A stretch of 64,000 nt of DNA from a bacterium (GCA_021790235.1 JAJYID010000001.1:107228-171227); one strand, 5' to 3'; counted from the first letter of the stretch, positions 1-9,166 are shown. The notes: generated from the sequence alone by a model not told the origin. Made by a program: numbers and translations.

Positions 1-316
1 CCTTCCGGAAATTAATTCCAATAATTTTGTCGTGCGGGGCCAAGCCGAGAGAATGGCGCTCAATATGCCTATTCAAGGCACAGCCGCCGATCTCATAAAG
101 CTTGCCATGATTGAAATTGCCGAGGTTTTGTCGCAGATTTCATCCGAAACCAAGATGCTGCTTCAAGTGCATGACGAGCTGGTTTTTGAAGTGCCGGAAG
201 CTGATCTTGAGAAGGTTACAGATTTCATTTGCAATAAAATGGATAATGTCATCAAGCTGTCTGTGCCGATTCAGGCAGTTGCCGAAACGGGCGTAAGCTG
301 GGCCGAGTGCAAATAA
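1..316 (+). CDS. polA: DNA polymerase I, C-terminal fragment (5' end lies outside the window)
   Basis: The frame is open from the window edge. Family-A polymerase motifs NMPIQGTAADLIK and QVHDELVFE are present near the C-terminus. Confidence 0.9.
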   Translation, partial: LPEINSNNFVVRGQAERMALNMPIQGTAADLIKLAMIEIAEVLSQISSETKMLLQVHDELVFEVPEADLEKVTDFICNKMDNVIKLSVPIQAVAETGVSWAECK

Positions 317-332
317 TACTTATCAAAAAAGA

Positions 333-972
333 ATGGAAAATCTAAACCAAAAACAAAAAATATTATTGAATGCCATACAGTCTTGGAAAAAACCGGGTGG
401 GAAGATTATTGTTGGCGTTGATGGTTACAGTGGTGCGGGAAAAACTACTTTAGTTCAAGGAATCGAAAGGGAAGATGCAGATATTTTGCCTGTTAACCGC
501 GATGATTTTGCTATTCCTCGCAAAGAATTTTGGGATAAATTTGGTAAAGCAAAAACCGAGCAGGAAAAGATCGATGTGGTTGTTGATGAGACAATTGATA
601 TAAATGAACTGAGTTCTTTCTTAAAAAAATTTCAAGAAGAAGACGGAATAATTGAATGGACTCTTCGTAACGATAAATCAGGGTTTAAAGATAACCTTAG
701 AAAGTTTAGCTTTTCAAAAAGCGTGTTAGTGGTAGAGGGAATCTTTCTGTTTCGGCATAATGGAGTGAAAAGCCTCTTTGACAAAAAAGTGTTTTTAGAG
801 ATTGATCAGGAAATGGCAGACGACAAGACGTAAAAGAGAAATGGATAAATGGGGAGATAATTATTTGCCAGATACACATCCCGATTCTGCGTTTAGACTT
901 ACCAAAATTGGTTTTAATCAATACTTAGAAAAATTTCATCCGGAAAAGCAAGCAGACTTGCTTATAAAATGA
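333..972 (+). pseudogene. P-loop uridine-kinase-like nucleoside/nucleotide kinase, apparently frameshifted (333..833 continues in the +1 frame to 972)
   Basis: Walker A motif GVDGYSGAGKTTL. The ORF stops at TAA 831-833 inside 'acgtaaaagag'. The next frame is open from 799 and reads ...KREMDKWGDNYLPDTHPDSAFRLTKIGFNQYLEKFHPEKQADLLIK* to 972, a plausible kinase C-terminus. Confidence 0.55.
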
Positions 973-1014
973 TTGATATTTGAACTAAAATTCGCTATAA
1001 TCACTTTTGCATTT

Positions 1015-1443
1015 ATGAGTAAAAAGACTTTATATAGAGCAGGCGAAAATAGAATCATTGGAGGGGTTTGCGCCGGAATAGCCGACTATTTTGATATTGA
1101 TCCGGCAGTTGTTAGGGTGATCTGGGTACTTTCCGCTTTTGCAGCGGGAGCGGGCATCTGGGCATATCTTGTCGCTTGGGCGGTAGTGCCGGAAAACCCT
1201 GAGTTAAAAAGAAAGGATCTAAAATTGAGCAGTAAAATCAAAATAAAAAAAGAAACAGAAAAAGTTACTGAGGATTTTAGGATCCATGGTCGGAACCCGA
1301 TTTTTGGTCTTTTACTTTTAATTATTGGTGCTATATTTCTGGCTAATAATTTTTTTCCTGAGCTTCGTCTAGATAAGTATTGGCCTATTATTCCTATTGC
1401 TCTTGGTTTTATTTTAATTTTTTCGAGCTATCAAAAGAAATGA
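1015..1443 (+). CDS. PspC domain-containing membrane protein
   Basis: The N-terminus LYRAGENRIIGGVCAGIADYFDIDPAVVRVIWVL is a classic PspC domain, followed by transmembrane segments. Start chosen at MSKKTLYR. Confidence 0.8.
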   Translation: MSKKTLYRAGENRIIGGVCAGIADYFDIDPAVVRVIWVLSAFAAGAGIWAYLVAWAVVPENPELKRKDLKLSSKIKIKKETEKVTEDFRIHGRNPIFGLLLLIIGAIFLANNFFPELRLDKYWPIIPIALGFILIFSSYQKK

Positions 1444-2375
1444 AAATAAAACCCTTCAAAGCGGCCCTCGGATTTTTAATACTTTTTCTAAGTATAGTTT
1501 TACTCTTTACCACTTCAGGCTTTGTTTCATGGAGCATATGGCTTTTTGTCTGGCAGTTTTGGCCGGTACTTTTTGTGGTGTTCGGTGCTGCTTTCATAAT
1601 GTATCGCTGGAAATTGAATATTTTTTTGGGTTCACTCATTTTTATAATAATTTTTGTGGCTTTAAGTACTAGTCTATGGATTACTTGGCAAGATCAGTAC
1701 TTTAATACTCAGAAGTTTGCCGAGAGAAACGGCAAAGATATAACAACGACTCGGATTTCAAACGAAATACCAAAGAATATGAACTTTACAGATGTAAAAA
1801 TTCGTTTTGGTGAATCGCGTCTAAATATTTTCTCGCTGCCGGACAGTGAAAGCGGATTTTTGTATGATGGGACTCATGTTTCTAACTTTTTCATCTTAGA
1901 CCAACATCTGGAAACCGTCGGAGAAAAAGCAAAACTAGATCTTAAAACGTCTCCTTTTATTAACAAGCTTTTTGGGCCTAAAAATATTAACGAAATGAAT
2001 ATTGGCTTTTCGCCTAAAATCGAGTATTCGTTTGATATCAGTACCGGTTCATCAAATATTAACCTAGACTTTTCTAAACTTAAGGTCAGAAACCTTAATA
2101 TGGATGCTGCCGCTTCTGATGTGGATATTCACTTTGGACCAAATGCAAACTCCAAGGTTGATATAAAGTCGGGTGCAAGTTCTATCAAACTGTTTTTGCC
2201 GCAAGATTTAGGTATAAAAATAGATTCAAAAACAGCCCTAACCTCAAAAAATTTTGCTGATTTTGATATGGTAAAAACCAATTCCGGTTGGCAAAGCCCC
2301 AATTGGAATAAATCGAAGAACAGAGTTGATATAAAGTTTGAATCAGGGATATCGAAAGTCGAGTTAGTAAAGTAA
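1440..2375 (+). CDS. Membrane protein with a beta-rich C-terminal domain (LiaF/DUF2154-like, putative)
   Basis: ATGA start/stop overlap with the PspC gene. There are three N-terminal hydrophobic helices, then a repetitive beta-strand-like region (NINLDFSKLKVRNLNMDAAASDVDIHFG...). Confidence 0.6.
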   Translation: MKIKPFKAALGFLILFLSIVLLFTTSGFVSWSIWLFVWQFWPVLFVVFGAAFIMYRWKLNIFLGSLIFIIIFVALSTSLWITWQDQYFNTQKFAERNGKDITTTRISNEIPKNMNFTDVKIRFGESRLNIFSLPDSESGFLYDGTHVSNFFILDQHLETVGEKAKLDLKTSPFINKLFGPKNINEMNIGFSPKIEYSFDISTGSSNINLDFSKLKVRNLNMDAAASDVDIHFGPNANSKVDIKSGASSIKLFLPQDLGIKIDSKTALTSKNFADFDMVKTNSGWQSPNWNKSKNRVDIKFESGISKVELVK

Positions 2376-2398
2376 GTTGACTCTGGTATAATAAGAAT

Positions 2399-3199
2399 AT
2401 GCGGAAAAATACGAAATCAAAAACGCTTAAATCATCTTTTTTATCTAAAGCAGATCTTCATATTCATTCTTTAAATGACGGTAAAGCTAATCCTGAGGAA
2501 ATTGTAGATTGGGTTCATGAGAATACTGACTTTGCAGTTATTGCCATTACAGATCATGATGATGTGGCGTCTGCTTATGAAGCAAAAAAAATCTCAAAGA
2601 AAAAGGGCTATAAATTTGATGTAGTAATCGGCGAAGAAGTTACAGCGCAAGAAGGTCATATTGTAGCTCTTTTTATCAAAAAAAGAGTCAAGCCCGGCAT
2701 GAGCGCACATGAAACTATCAACGAAATACACCGCCAGAGTGGATTGGCGATCGCTGCCCACCCATTATTTCAGACTAAAATGAGAAATCCCAAATATGGG
2801 CCAATGGATGGTGTTGGTTCTATCACCCTAATTAAAGAAGCTTTTGATGGAGTTGAAATATTAAATGGAACACCAACTTTTAGGAATATTAATTTAAAAG
2901 CCAAATATGTGAATGATACCTTATTGAAAAAAGCTGAAACCGGCTCAAGCGATGCTCATATAAAAGAAGCAATAGGCACTGCTTATACTTTATTTGGAGG
3001 GAAAACAGCTGAAGATTTAAAAAAGGCGATTATTAGAGGTGAGACACAAGCTTATCGCGAACGGTGGGAAATGGGATGGATTATAAGATATATGGTTTAC
3101 TATGTTCCGACAGTCTTTAGAAATATTTTTTGGGGGCTTAAACATGGTTTCTCTGCCAAAGAACCGAATATTGTTAAAGTACCAAAGGATTTTAAATAA
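2399..3199 (+). CDS. PHP domain metal-dependent phosphoesterase
   Basis: PHP motifs DLHIHS, ITDHD, AAHP and SDAH. An extended -10 (tggtataat) lies 6 nt upstream of the ATG. Confidence 0.8.
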   Translation: MRKNTKSKTLKSSFLSKADLHIHSLNDGKANPEEIVDWVHENTDFAVIAITDHDDVASAYEAKKISKKKGYKFDVVIGEEVTAQEGHIVALFIKKRVKPGMSAHETINEIHRQSGLAIAAHPLFQTKMRNPKYGPMDGVGSITLIKEAFDGVEILNGTPTFRNINLKAKYVNDTLLKKAETGSSDAHIKEAIGTAYTLFGGKTAEDLKKAIIRGETQAYRERWEMGWIIRYMVYYVPTVFRNIFWGLKHGFSAKEPNIVKVPKDFK

Positions 3200-3741
3200 T
3201 GAAAGTGCTTTTTATCCTTCCTCATTACGACTTTGATGATGATGAATACTTTGTGATCAAAGGTTTTTTGGAAGGTAAAGGCTTAAAAACCGAAACCGCT
3301 TCTACTCATATTTCAGAAGCGGAAGGGAGGTTTAGAAAGATTGTTAAACCGGATTTTGTGGTAGACGATGTACGGGCCAGGGATTATGACGCTTTTGTCT
3401 TTGTTGGAGGACCCGGCGCCAGTGAACTCTATCACAACGTCACTGTTACTAATCTCGTAAGCGATACTCTGGTCAGCAGAAAAGTTACGGCCTTGATTGG
3501 TGAAGCGGTACCCATACTGTATTATGCGAATGTTTTGAAAGGCCGGCAGGTCACAACTCTTGAGAATCTGAAAGAAGAGATTGAAGACGGCGGCGGATAT
3601 TATACCGGTACAAACATGGAGCAGGACGGAGATCTTATAACCGGCTTTGATGATCGGTCTACTGAAGCCGTGGCTGATGCCATTGTCCGCAGTCTGGCTT
3701 GGCAGAGGGATCGGATAGAACGCGAACATCTGGATAAGTGA
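3199..3741 (+). CDS. DJ-1/PfpI family (class I glutamine amidotransferase-like) protein
   Basis: DYDAFVFVGGPGA motif and matching length. The start overlaps the stop of the PHP gene. Confidence 0.7.
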   Translation: MKVLFILPHYDFDDDEYFVIKGFLEGKGLKTETASTHISEAEGRFRKIVKPDFVVDDVRARDYDAFVFVGGPGASELYHNVTVTNLVSDTLVSRKVTALIGEAVPILYYANVLKGRQVTTLENLKEEIEDGGGYYTGTNMEQDGDLITGFDDRSTEAVADAIVRSLAWQRDRIEREHLDK

Positions 3742-3817
3742 TATTGATTTATATATTCTTCTATACAAGAGTTTTTTAATTTTGCTACAATGGTAAGCCA
3801 ATAAGCAGGAGATATCT

Positions 3818-3946
3818 ATGCCTGAACTTCCCGAAGTTGGTACTCCTCACTGTCATTTCGTGCCCCGACACGGAAACCATAACAATAAGATTCCCGATCG
3901 GGTCGGGAATGACATAAAAGAAAATGCCAGAATTGCCAGAAGTTGA
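3818..3946 (+). other. 42-codon upstream ORF beginning with a second copy of the mutM start (MPELPEV), preceded by a strong SD (aggag)
   Basis: 'atgcctgaacttcccgaagttg' at 3818 versus 'atgccagaattgccagaagttg' at 3924. The uORF reads through the inserted repeat and stops at TGA 3944-3946, out of frame with mutM. Confidence 0.35.
3851..3914. repeat. Full-length miniature hairpin repeat element (64 bp) with TIR tgtcatt/aatgaca and two internal hairpins
   Basis: Sequence is tgtcatttcgtgccccgacacggaaacc...attcccgatcgggtcgggaatgaca. The stems are ttcgtg/cacggaa and attcccga/tcgggaat. Confidence 0.7.
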
Positions 3947-4808
3947 GACTGTCAAAAATGATTTAAAATCAAAAATTACCGGAACGAAAATAGTGTCGGT
4001 TAACGCTCTATGGCCTGGCATTGTCAAAGACACCCCATACAAGGTTTTTGTAAAACAGGTAGAGGGAGCTGAAATTATAAAGGTTAAAAGACGGGCTAAA
4101 AATCTGATTATTTCTCTTTCGAATGGCCTAAATTTGCTGGTTCATCTCAAGATGACCGGACACTTTTTGATTGCTGAATCCTCGGCTGAAATTTCTAAGG
4201 AAGGTAAATGGTTAAAAGCCAAGAATACAGATCTACTAAATGACCGGCAAAACCAATTTATTCGTATTATCTTTTATTTGGACAACGGCATGATTTTAGC
4301 GATGAGCGATATGAGAAAGTTCGCTTACATTAAACTTGTTGGTGATAAGGAGTTACAAACATTCCTTTCTTCTTATGGGCCAGAGCCGTTCAGTCCGGAG
4401 TTTACAGAGGAGAGACTAAAGAAAATTTTACGAGCAAAAAACATCGTTGTAAAAAAAGTTCTGATGGATCAGTCGAAAATTGCCGGTATTGGCAATATTT
4501 ATGCCGATGAAATTCTCTGGGCAGCGCGGGTTCATCCGCTATCAGTCTCTTATAAATTATCTGATCAAGATGTCAAAGCAATTTATCAAAATATCAAGAA
4601 AATATTAAAATTGGCCATAGAAAAACGCGGTACGTCAACCTCAGACTTTCGCGATACGAGCGGACGAAAGGGCACATTTGGTGATCTAAGAAATGTTTAT
4701 AGAAGGACTGATCTTCCTTGCCCTGAATGCGGTGGGTCGGTTAAAAAAATAACGGTAGGCGGTCGAGGCACTCATTTCTGTCCTGTTTGCCAAAAAGAGG
4801 TGAAATGA
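3924..4808 (+). CDS. mutM: Formamidopyrimidine-DNA glycosylase
   Basis: N-terminal MPELPEVETV (catalytic Pro2) and a C-terminal zinc finger CPECGG...HFCPVCQ. Confidence 0.9.
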   Translation: MPELPEVETVKNDLKSKITGTKIVSVNALWPGIVKDTPYKVFVKQVEGAEIIKVKRRAKNLIISLSNGLNLLVHLKMTGHFLIAESSAEISKEGKWLKAKNTDLLNDRQNQFIRIIFYLDNGMILAMSDMRKFAYIKLVGDKELQTFLSSYGPEPFSPEFTEERLKKILRAKNIVVKKVLMDQSKIAGIGNIYADEILWAARVHPLSVSYKLSDQDVKAIYQNIKKILKLAIEKRGTSTSDFRDTSGRKGTFGDLRNVYRRTDLPCPECGGSVKKITVGGRGTHFCPVCQKEVK

Positions 4809-5725
4809 TTTACTTTTTCTTCGGAGAAGACACTTACCGACTCAAGAAAACTATTGAAGCCTTTGCTGGCAAGTTCGGAGATGATTCGCTCATGAATGTT
4901 TCGGTTTTTGAGGATGATTATGATCTCAAAAAAATAAGTTCGGCTATGCTTTCACTGCCATTTCTAAGTAAGAAAAGGCTGGTGATAATGAAAAACATAT
5001 TCTCGGCGAAAAACTTAGATGCGAAGAAATTGGCTGAAATTTTAGATAGTGCACCGGATTCTACAGTTATGCTTTTTATCCAGGAGGGGCAGCCAGACAA
5101 GCGTTCTGTTCTCTTTAAGCGATTGATAAAAGAAAAATCCAAAGAACTCGGGTTTTTAAGCGGTGCTGAACTGGCTAAATGGATCAAGGCGGAAGTGCAA
5201 AAGGCGGGCGGTGAGATTGGGCCTAAAGAAGCGCTTCTTTTGGCCGAGTATTTTGGCGGAAATCTCTGGCAGCTGAAAAATGAGGTTTCCAAGCTAGTCG
5301 CTTATGACAAAAATATCAAGCTTGAAAATATCGAAAAGCTTTCAGTTTCTAATGTAAATGTCAAAATATTTGATCTCACTGATACGATTACGGCTGGTAA
5401 TAAAGAAAAATCGTTTAAAATCTTAAAGGACCTTCTCGACTCCGGAGAAAATGAGCTTTATATTCTTTCAATGATTCAGTGGCAGGTTCGCAATCTGGCT
5501 CTTGTTTATGGTTTTAAAAATGCAAGCGAGACGGAAATTGCAAAAAAAACAAAATTGAACCCGTTTATAGTCAGAAAATCACTGGTTGCAGCCAAAAAAA
5601 TCAGTTCAGATGGTACCATAAAAAATTATTATAGCCAAATCATTGAAGCTGAAAACGACATTAAAACCGGCGCCAAAGAGCCGGATGTGGCTCTGGAGCT
5701 TTTAGTAAATCAGTTAACAGATTAA
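4805..5725 (+). CDS. holA: DNA polymerase III subunit delta
   Basis: ATGA overlap with the mutM stop and an SD (aaagagg). The N-terminus MIYFFFGEDTYRLKK and the length are typical of HolA. Confidence 0.75.
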   Translation: MIYFFFGEDTYRLKKTIEAFAGKFGDDSLMNVSVFEDDYDLKKISSAMLSLPFLSKKRLVIMKNIFSAKNLDAKKLAEILDSAPDSTVMLFIQEGQPDKRSVLFKRLIKEKSKELGFLSGAELAKWIKAEVQKAGGEIGPKEALLLAEYFGGNLWQLKNEVSKLVAYDKNIKLENIEKLSVSNVNVKIFDLTDTITAGNKEKSFKILKDLLDSGENELYILSMIQWQVRNLALVYGFKNASETEIAKKTKLNPFIVRKSLVAAKKISSDGTIKNYYSQIIEAENDIKTGAKEPDVALELLVNQLTD

Positions 5726-5830
5726 ATAGGTTTGTGATATAATTTAATTAGATCGAGGAGGACGATCTTTTTTGTTCCCTAAGTTTTCTTTTAATCCATT
5801 TAACCAGACCCGGAAAGGAAGGGAAGGCAC

Positions 5831-6781
5831 ATGAACAGAGTATGTGAACTGCTTGGCATTGAGCACCCAATTCTTCAAGGCGGGATGACATGGGTAAGCG
5901 ATGCTCCGCTTGTCTCGGCAGTTTCAAATGCAGGAGGGCTTGGTATTATCGGAGCGGGAGCTATGCCGGTGGATCTTTTACGTTATGAAATCCGCAAAAC
6001 CAAGGGGCTGACGGATAAACCTTTCGGGGTTAATCTTGTTATGATCAATCCAGAGTTTGAGCCTCAGCTTGAAGTGATTCTCGAAGAGTTACCTGATGTT
6101 TTGACTCTTGGAGCCGTGACAAAAATAGATATCATTACTAAAATCAAGGCAAAGGGCATTAAGGTGATTCCAGTGTTATCGGCGGTGGCTATGGCAAAGC
6201 GCGCTGAGCAAGCAGGTGCTGCAGCTATTATTGCTGAAGGAAGTGAAGCTGGCGGTCATATCGGTGAGACTACCACTATGGTTTTAACCCCACTAGTTGC
6301 TGATGCTGTTGCAGTTCCGGTTATTGCGGCGGGAGGTATTGCTGATGGCCGTGGTATGGCGGCTGCTTTTATGCTGGGAGCTGAAGGTGTCCAGATGGGT
6401 ACGCGCTTTGTCTGCGCTGAGGAATGTACGGTGCATGAGGATGTCAAGGCGAAATTTGTGAGAGTTGGTGACAGAGCCACTAAAGTAACTTCACGAGCAA
6501 CCGGCTTCCCTGTCAGAGCCATCAAAAACAAGCTTGCTGTAACATACGAAGAACTTGAGAAAAAGTACCATCAAGGAGAGTGTTCTATCGAAGATATTGA
6601 GAATCTCGGTCTTGGCAAACTTCGGGAAGCCATGAGAGAAGGCAATGTTCGTGACGGTTCGCTTATGGCCGGCCAATGTGTTGCCATGGTATGTGAGATT
6701 CAGCCGGTTGAGGAGATTATTCGTGAAATACAAAAAGAATGTGAACAAGTGATCGATAACATGAACGGTTATCGGACTTAA
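5831..6781 (+). CDS. FabK/nitronate monooxygenase family FMN oxidoreductase (enoyl-ACP reductase II-like)
   Basis: IEHPILQGGMTWVSDAPLVSAVSNAGGLGIIGAG and a later GGIADGRG are typical of the NMO/FabK TIM barrel. Confidence 0.8.
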   Translation: MNRVCELLGIEHPILQGGMTWVSDAPLVSAVSNAGGLGIIGAGAMPVDLLRYEIRKTKGLTDKPFGVNLVMINPEFEPQLEVILEELPDVLTLGAVTKIDIITKIKAKGIKVIPVLSAVAMAKRAEQAGAAAIIAEGSEAGGHIGETTTMVLTPLVADAVAVPVIAAGGIADGRGMAAAFMLGAEGVQMGTRFVCAEECTVHEDVKAKFVRVGDRATKVTSRATGFPVRAIKNKLAVTYEELEKKYHQGECSIEDIENLGLGKLREAMREGNVRDGSLMAGQCVAMVCEIQPVEEIIREIQKECEQVIDNMNGYRT

Positions 6782-6804
6782 GCAGTAAATTCAACATAAA
6801 TAAA

Positions 6805-6846
6805 CAGGGCGGGAAGCCAGATGCTTCCCGCCCTGAAAATTTTTTA
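6805..6846. terminator. Bidirectional intrinsic terminator between the fabK-like gene and rpsT
   Basis: 13-bp perfect stem cagggcgggaagc/gcttcccgccctg (6805-6817 and 6823-6835), flanked by an A-run and a T-run. Confidence 0.85.
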
Positions 6847-6853
6847 AAACAAA

Positions 6854-7174
6854 TTATTTTTTCTTTGCTACAGGTTTTTTCTTAGCAGTTACTTTCTTTA
6901 CTGCTTTTACTTTTTTACCCCCTTTAACTAGTTTCACAAGCCGGGACTTTTTTCTGGTGGCGGTATTTTTATGAATAACATTCTTCTTTGCTGCTTTATC
7001 CAGTGACTTATAAACGGCAGAGATTTTTTCCTGCATTTCTTTCTCGCTTAAAACACCGATGCCTTTTTTAACCTCTTTAATCTTAGATTTGTAAGCATCT
7101 TTAATAGCCCGATTTCGGGCTGTTCTGATTCTGGTTTGGCGCATCTGTTTCTGCGCTGATTTAATGACTGGCAT
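6854..7174 (-). CDS. rpsT: 30S ribosomal protein S20
   Basis: MPVIKSAQKQMRQTRIRTARNRAIK is a typical S20 N-terminus. Confidence 0.92.
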   Translation of the reverse strand: MPVIKSAQKQMRQTRIRTARNRAIKDAYKSKIKEVKKGIGVLSEKEMQEKISAVYKSLDKAAKKNVIHKNTATRKKSRLVKLVKGGKKVKAVKKVTAKKKPVAKKK

Positions 7175-7277
7175 AATTCGTTCCGCTTAAATTAAAAATT
7201 GTTCGAACTTGCTTATTTTAGCAAAAATCTAATGGGTTGTAAAGGAAAACTTTAGTACAAACTTTAATACGAAAACA

Positions 7278-7306
7278 TTGACATTTACCTTTATATGAGG
7301 TACAAT
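7278..7306 (+). promoter_or_regulatory. Sigma70-like promoter (TTGACA-17-TACAAT) upstream of the DHH phosphoesterase gene
   Basis: ttgaca at 7278-7283, a 17-nt spacer, then tacaat at 7301-7306. Confidence 0.6.
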
Positions 7307-7350
7307 TTTCTATTACCGTTTAAAACGGAGGGCGGAGAGATTTAGATTAG

Positions 7351-8952
7351 ATGGAGCTTTCACCAAAGCAGCAAATAGTTGAACTAATCAAAAAGTCGCA
7401 GGATATATTGCTTCTTGGGCATGCAGGTCCGAGCGGAGATAGCATAGGTTCGCTTTTGGCATTATGGCGAGTTTTAAAAGATATTGGCAAAAATCCAAGT
7501 GTGGTTGTGAGTGATAAAATTCCAAGTGCTCTTGCATTTTTGCCTGAAATCTCGGAAATTAAGACGGAGCCGGAGGGTGCTAAAGACATTGTTCTTAAAG
7601 TCAAAATTAAAGATGCGGGTATAGAAAAGATTTCAACCCGAAGCGATGAAGAAACTCTAGACATTATTATCACACCGCAAAACGGCAAATTTGAAACGGA
7701 TGATGTGATAGTTGAGGCCGGCAAACCACAATATGACTGCATTATAGTTCTGGATACACCGGATGTAGAGAAAATTGATAAGGTTTATGATAAGCACACC
7801 GAGCTTTTCTTTGAAACTCCAGTTGTAAACATAGACCATCATGCCGGCAATGAGTATTTCGGTACGGTTAACTTGGTGGATCTCACAGCAGCTTCCACTG
7901 CGGAGATCTTGGTGGCTATTTTTGAAGCGCTGGGAAGGCCGAAACCGGATGAAGATACGGCTACTTTGCTTTTGGCCGGTATTACAGCTGATACTTCCAG
8001 TTTTAAAAATAATAATACTACTCCGAAAACCATGACTGTAGCTGCCCAGCTTCTGGCTGCAGGTGCGCGTCAACAGGACATTATTCAGAATTTCTATAAG
8101 ATGAAGAGTTTGAAAGCCCTAAAACTTTGGGGCAAAATTCTTTCAAATGTTGAAAAAGATACGGATTTTCGTATTGTCTGGTCAAAAATCAGTTATCAGG
8201 ATTTTTCCGGTGCGGACTCAACTCTGGACGAAGCGAAGGAAGTAATGGATAAAATGCTTATCAATACCCCAAATGTCGATGTGGTCACATTACTCATTGA
8301 AGCAGATAAAAATACAACAAATGTTTTTCTAAAGGGTGTAAAAGGAACAGATGTCTTGGAGGTTGCAGAGATTTTTCATGGACGGGGTACGGCTCGTGAT
8401 GTATCTTTTGAAATCAAAAACATGAGTTTGGCGCAGGCTGAAGAGAAAATACTAGGTGAAATAAGAAAAATCAGATCAAAAAAATTGGGACGGTCGATTA
8501 AAGAAACTGAAAAACCGGATAACCGAAAAACAAAAGAACAAGACGCTGAAAGGGTTGGAATAGAAAATGAAAGTATTGGAGGGAGAGGAAAAGAGCTGGA
8601 GAATATTTCAGAAATGCAAGGACCAATGCCAAGAACCTCCAAGGATAAACCGATGGTTGAAGAAAAGGCAGCCAAAGAATATCAGGAAGATCAGAGTGAT
8701 GCGATATCAAAGGCGATAGAATCACTTGAAGCGGCCGGCGAAAAAATTAGTGGTGAAGAAGAAAACCCAGAAAATACAGGGAGTTCGGTACCGGCTCAAA
8801 AAAAGCAGATCCAAAAGGATCCGGGTTCTCTCACACATGTATCTGAGGTTCTGAAAAAGTTTAATCTAAATGACAAAAAGAAACTTGAGGAGTTTAAAGC
8901 TAAGAACGAAAGCACCAGAGAGAATCTAAAGAGAGGAAACGGAGAAAGTTAA
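7351..8952 (+). CDS. DHH/DHHA1 phosphoesterase (NrnA-like nanoRNase/pAp phosphatase) with a long K/E-rich C-terminal tail
   Basis: GHAGPSGDSIGS, NIDHHAGN and GITADT motifs. Residues from about 345 to 533 are low-complexity and charged. Confidence 0.8.
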   Translation: MELSPKQQIVELIKKSQDILLLGHAGPSGDSIGSLLALWRVLKDIGKNPSVVVSDKIPSALAFLPEISEIKTEPEGAKDIVLKVKIKDAGIEKISTRSDEETLDIIITPQNGKFETDDVIVEAGKPQYDCIIVLDTPDVEKIDKVYDKHTELFFETPVVNIDHHAGNEYFGTVNLVDLTAASTAEILVAIFEALGRPKPDEDTATLLLAGITADTSSFKNNNTTPKTMTVAAQLLAAGARQQDIIQNFYKMKSLKALKLWGKILSNVEKDTDFRIVWSKISYQDFSGADSTLDEAKEVMDKMLINTPNVDVVTLLIEADKNTTNVFLKGVKGTDVLEVAEIFHGRGTARDVSFEIKNMSLAQAEEKILGEIRKIRSKKLGRSIKETEKPDNRKTKEQDAERVGIENESIGGRGKELENISEMQGPMPRTSKDKPMVEEKAAKEYQEDQSDAISKAIESLEAAGEKISGEEENPENTGSSVPAQKKQIQKDPGSLTHVSEVLKKFNLNDKKKLEEFKAKNESTRENLKRGNGES

Positions 8953-8958
8953 GTAATT

Positions 8959-9003
8959 TGTCATCCTGAGCCCGCCAGAGGTGGATAGACTCCTTGAAGG
9001 ATC
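8959..9003 (+). repeat. Hairpin repeat family unit
   Basis: Sequence tgtcatcctgagcccgccagaggtggatagactccttgaaggatc lies directly after the DHH gene stop. Confidence 0.55.
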
Positions 9004-9166
9004 TTTATCGTTGTGTTGCTCCGAGTTATTATCATTGATTTACTTTTTGAAAAAAGTAAAACAGAAACATCCGACTAGGGCGGCGACAAAGTGTCGAATT
9101 TTAATTCATTCAGGTTTGAAAAACCACAACTCCTTTAAGTCGGATCTAAAGAGGTATAATTAAATC

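Noticed and set aside
4918-5292. Many 60-140-aa antisense or alternative-frame ORFs in the supplied track. Examples are 111..296, 706..921, 1409..1639, 3313..3801, 3785..4042, 4918..5292, 6256..6748, 7347..8073, 9184..9609, 11984..12334, 14560..15000, 29265..30566, 32398..32981, 35187..35835, 46577..47106, 54464..54859 and 60312..60638.
   Set aside because: Each lies entirely inside, or largely overlaps, a longer ORF with clear family motifs on the other strand or frame. Their translations are low-complexity or repeat shadows with no start signals.
5831-6781. Horizontal transfer inferred from higher GC of individual genes (the fabK-like gene, pnp).
   Set aside because: Several conserved housekeeping genes are also GC-richer than the hypothetical genes and intergenic DNA. 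GC alone therefore does not discriminate foreign DNA here, and I kept it only as weak supporting evidence for 28935-30617 and 63390-64000.
8981-9163. 60-aa ORF in the DHH-truB intergenic region, and the 65-aa minus-strand ORF at 59922..60119.
   Set aside because: Both are translations of hairpin repeat units (for example ...VIPARQG..., ...LEGSLSL...). They have no SD or promoter and are better explained as non-coding repeats.
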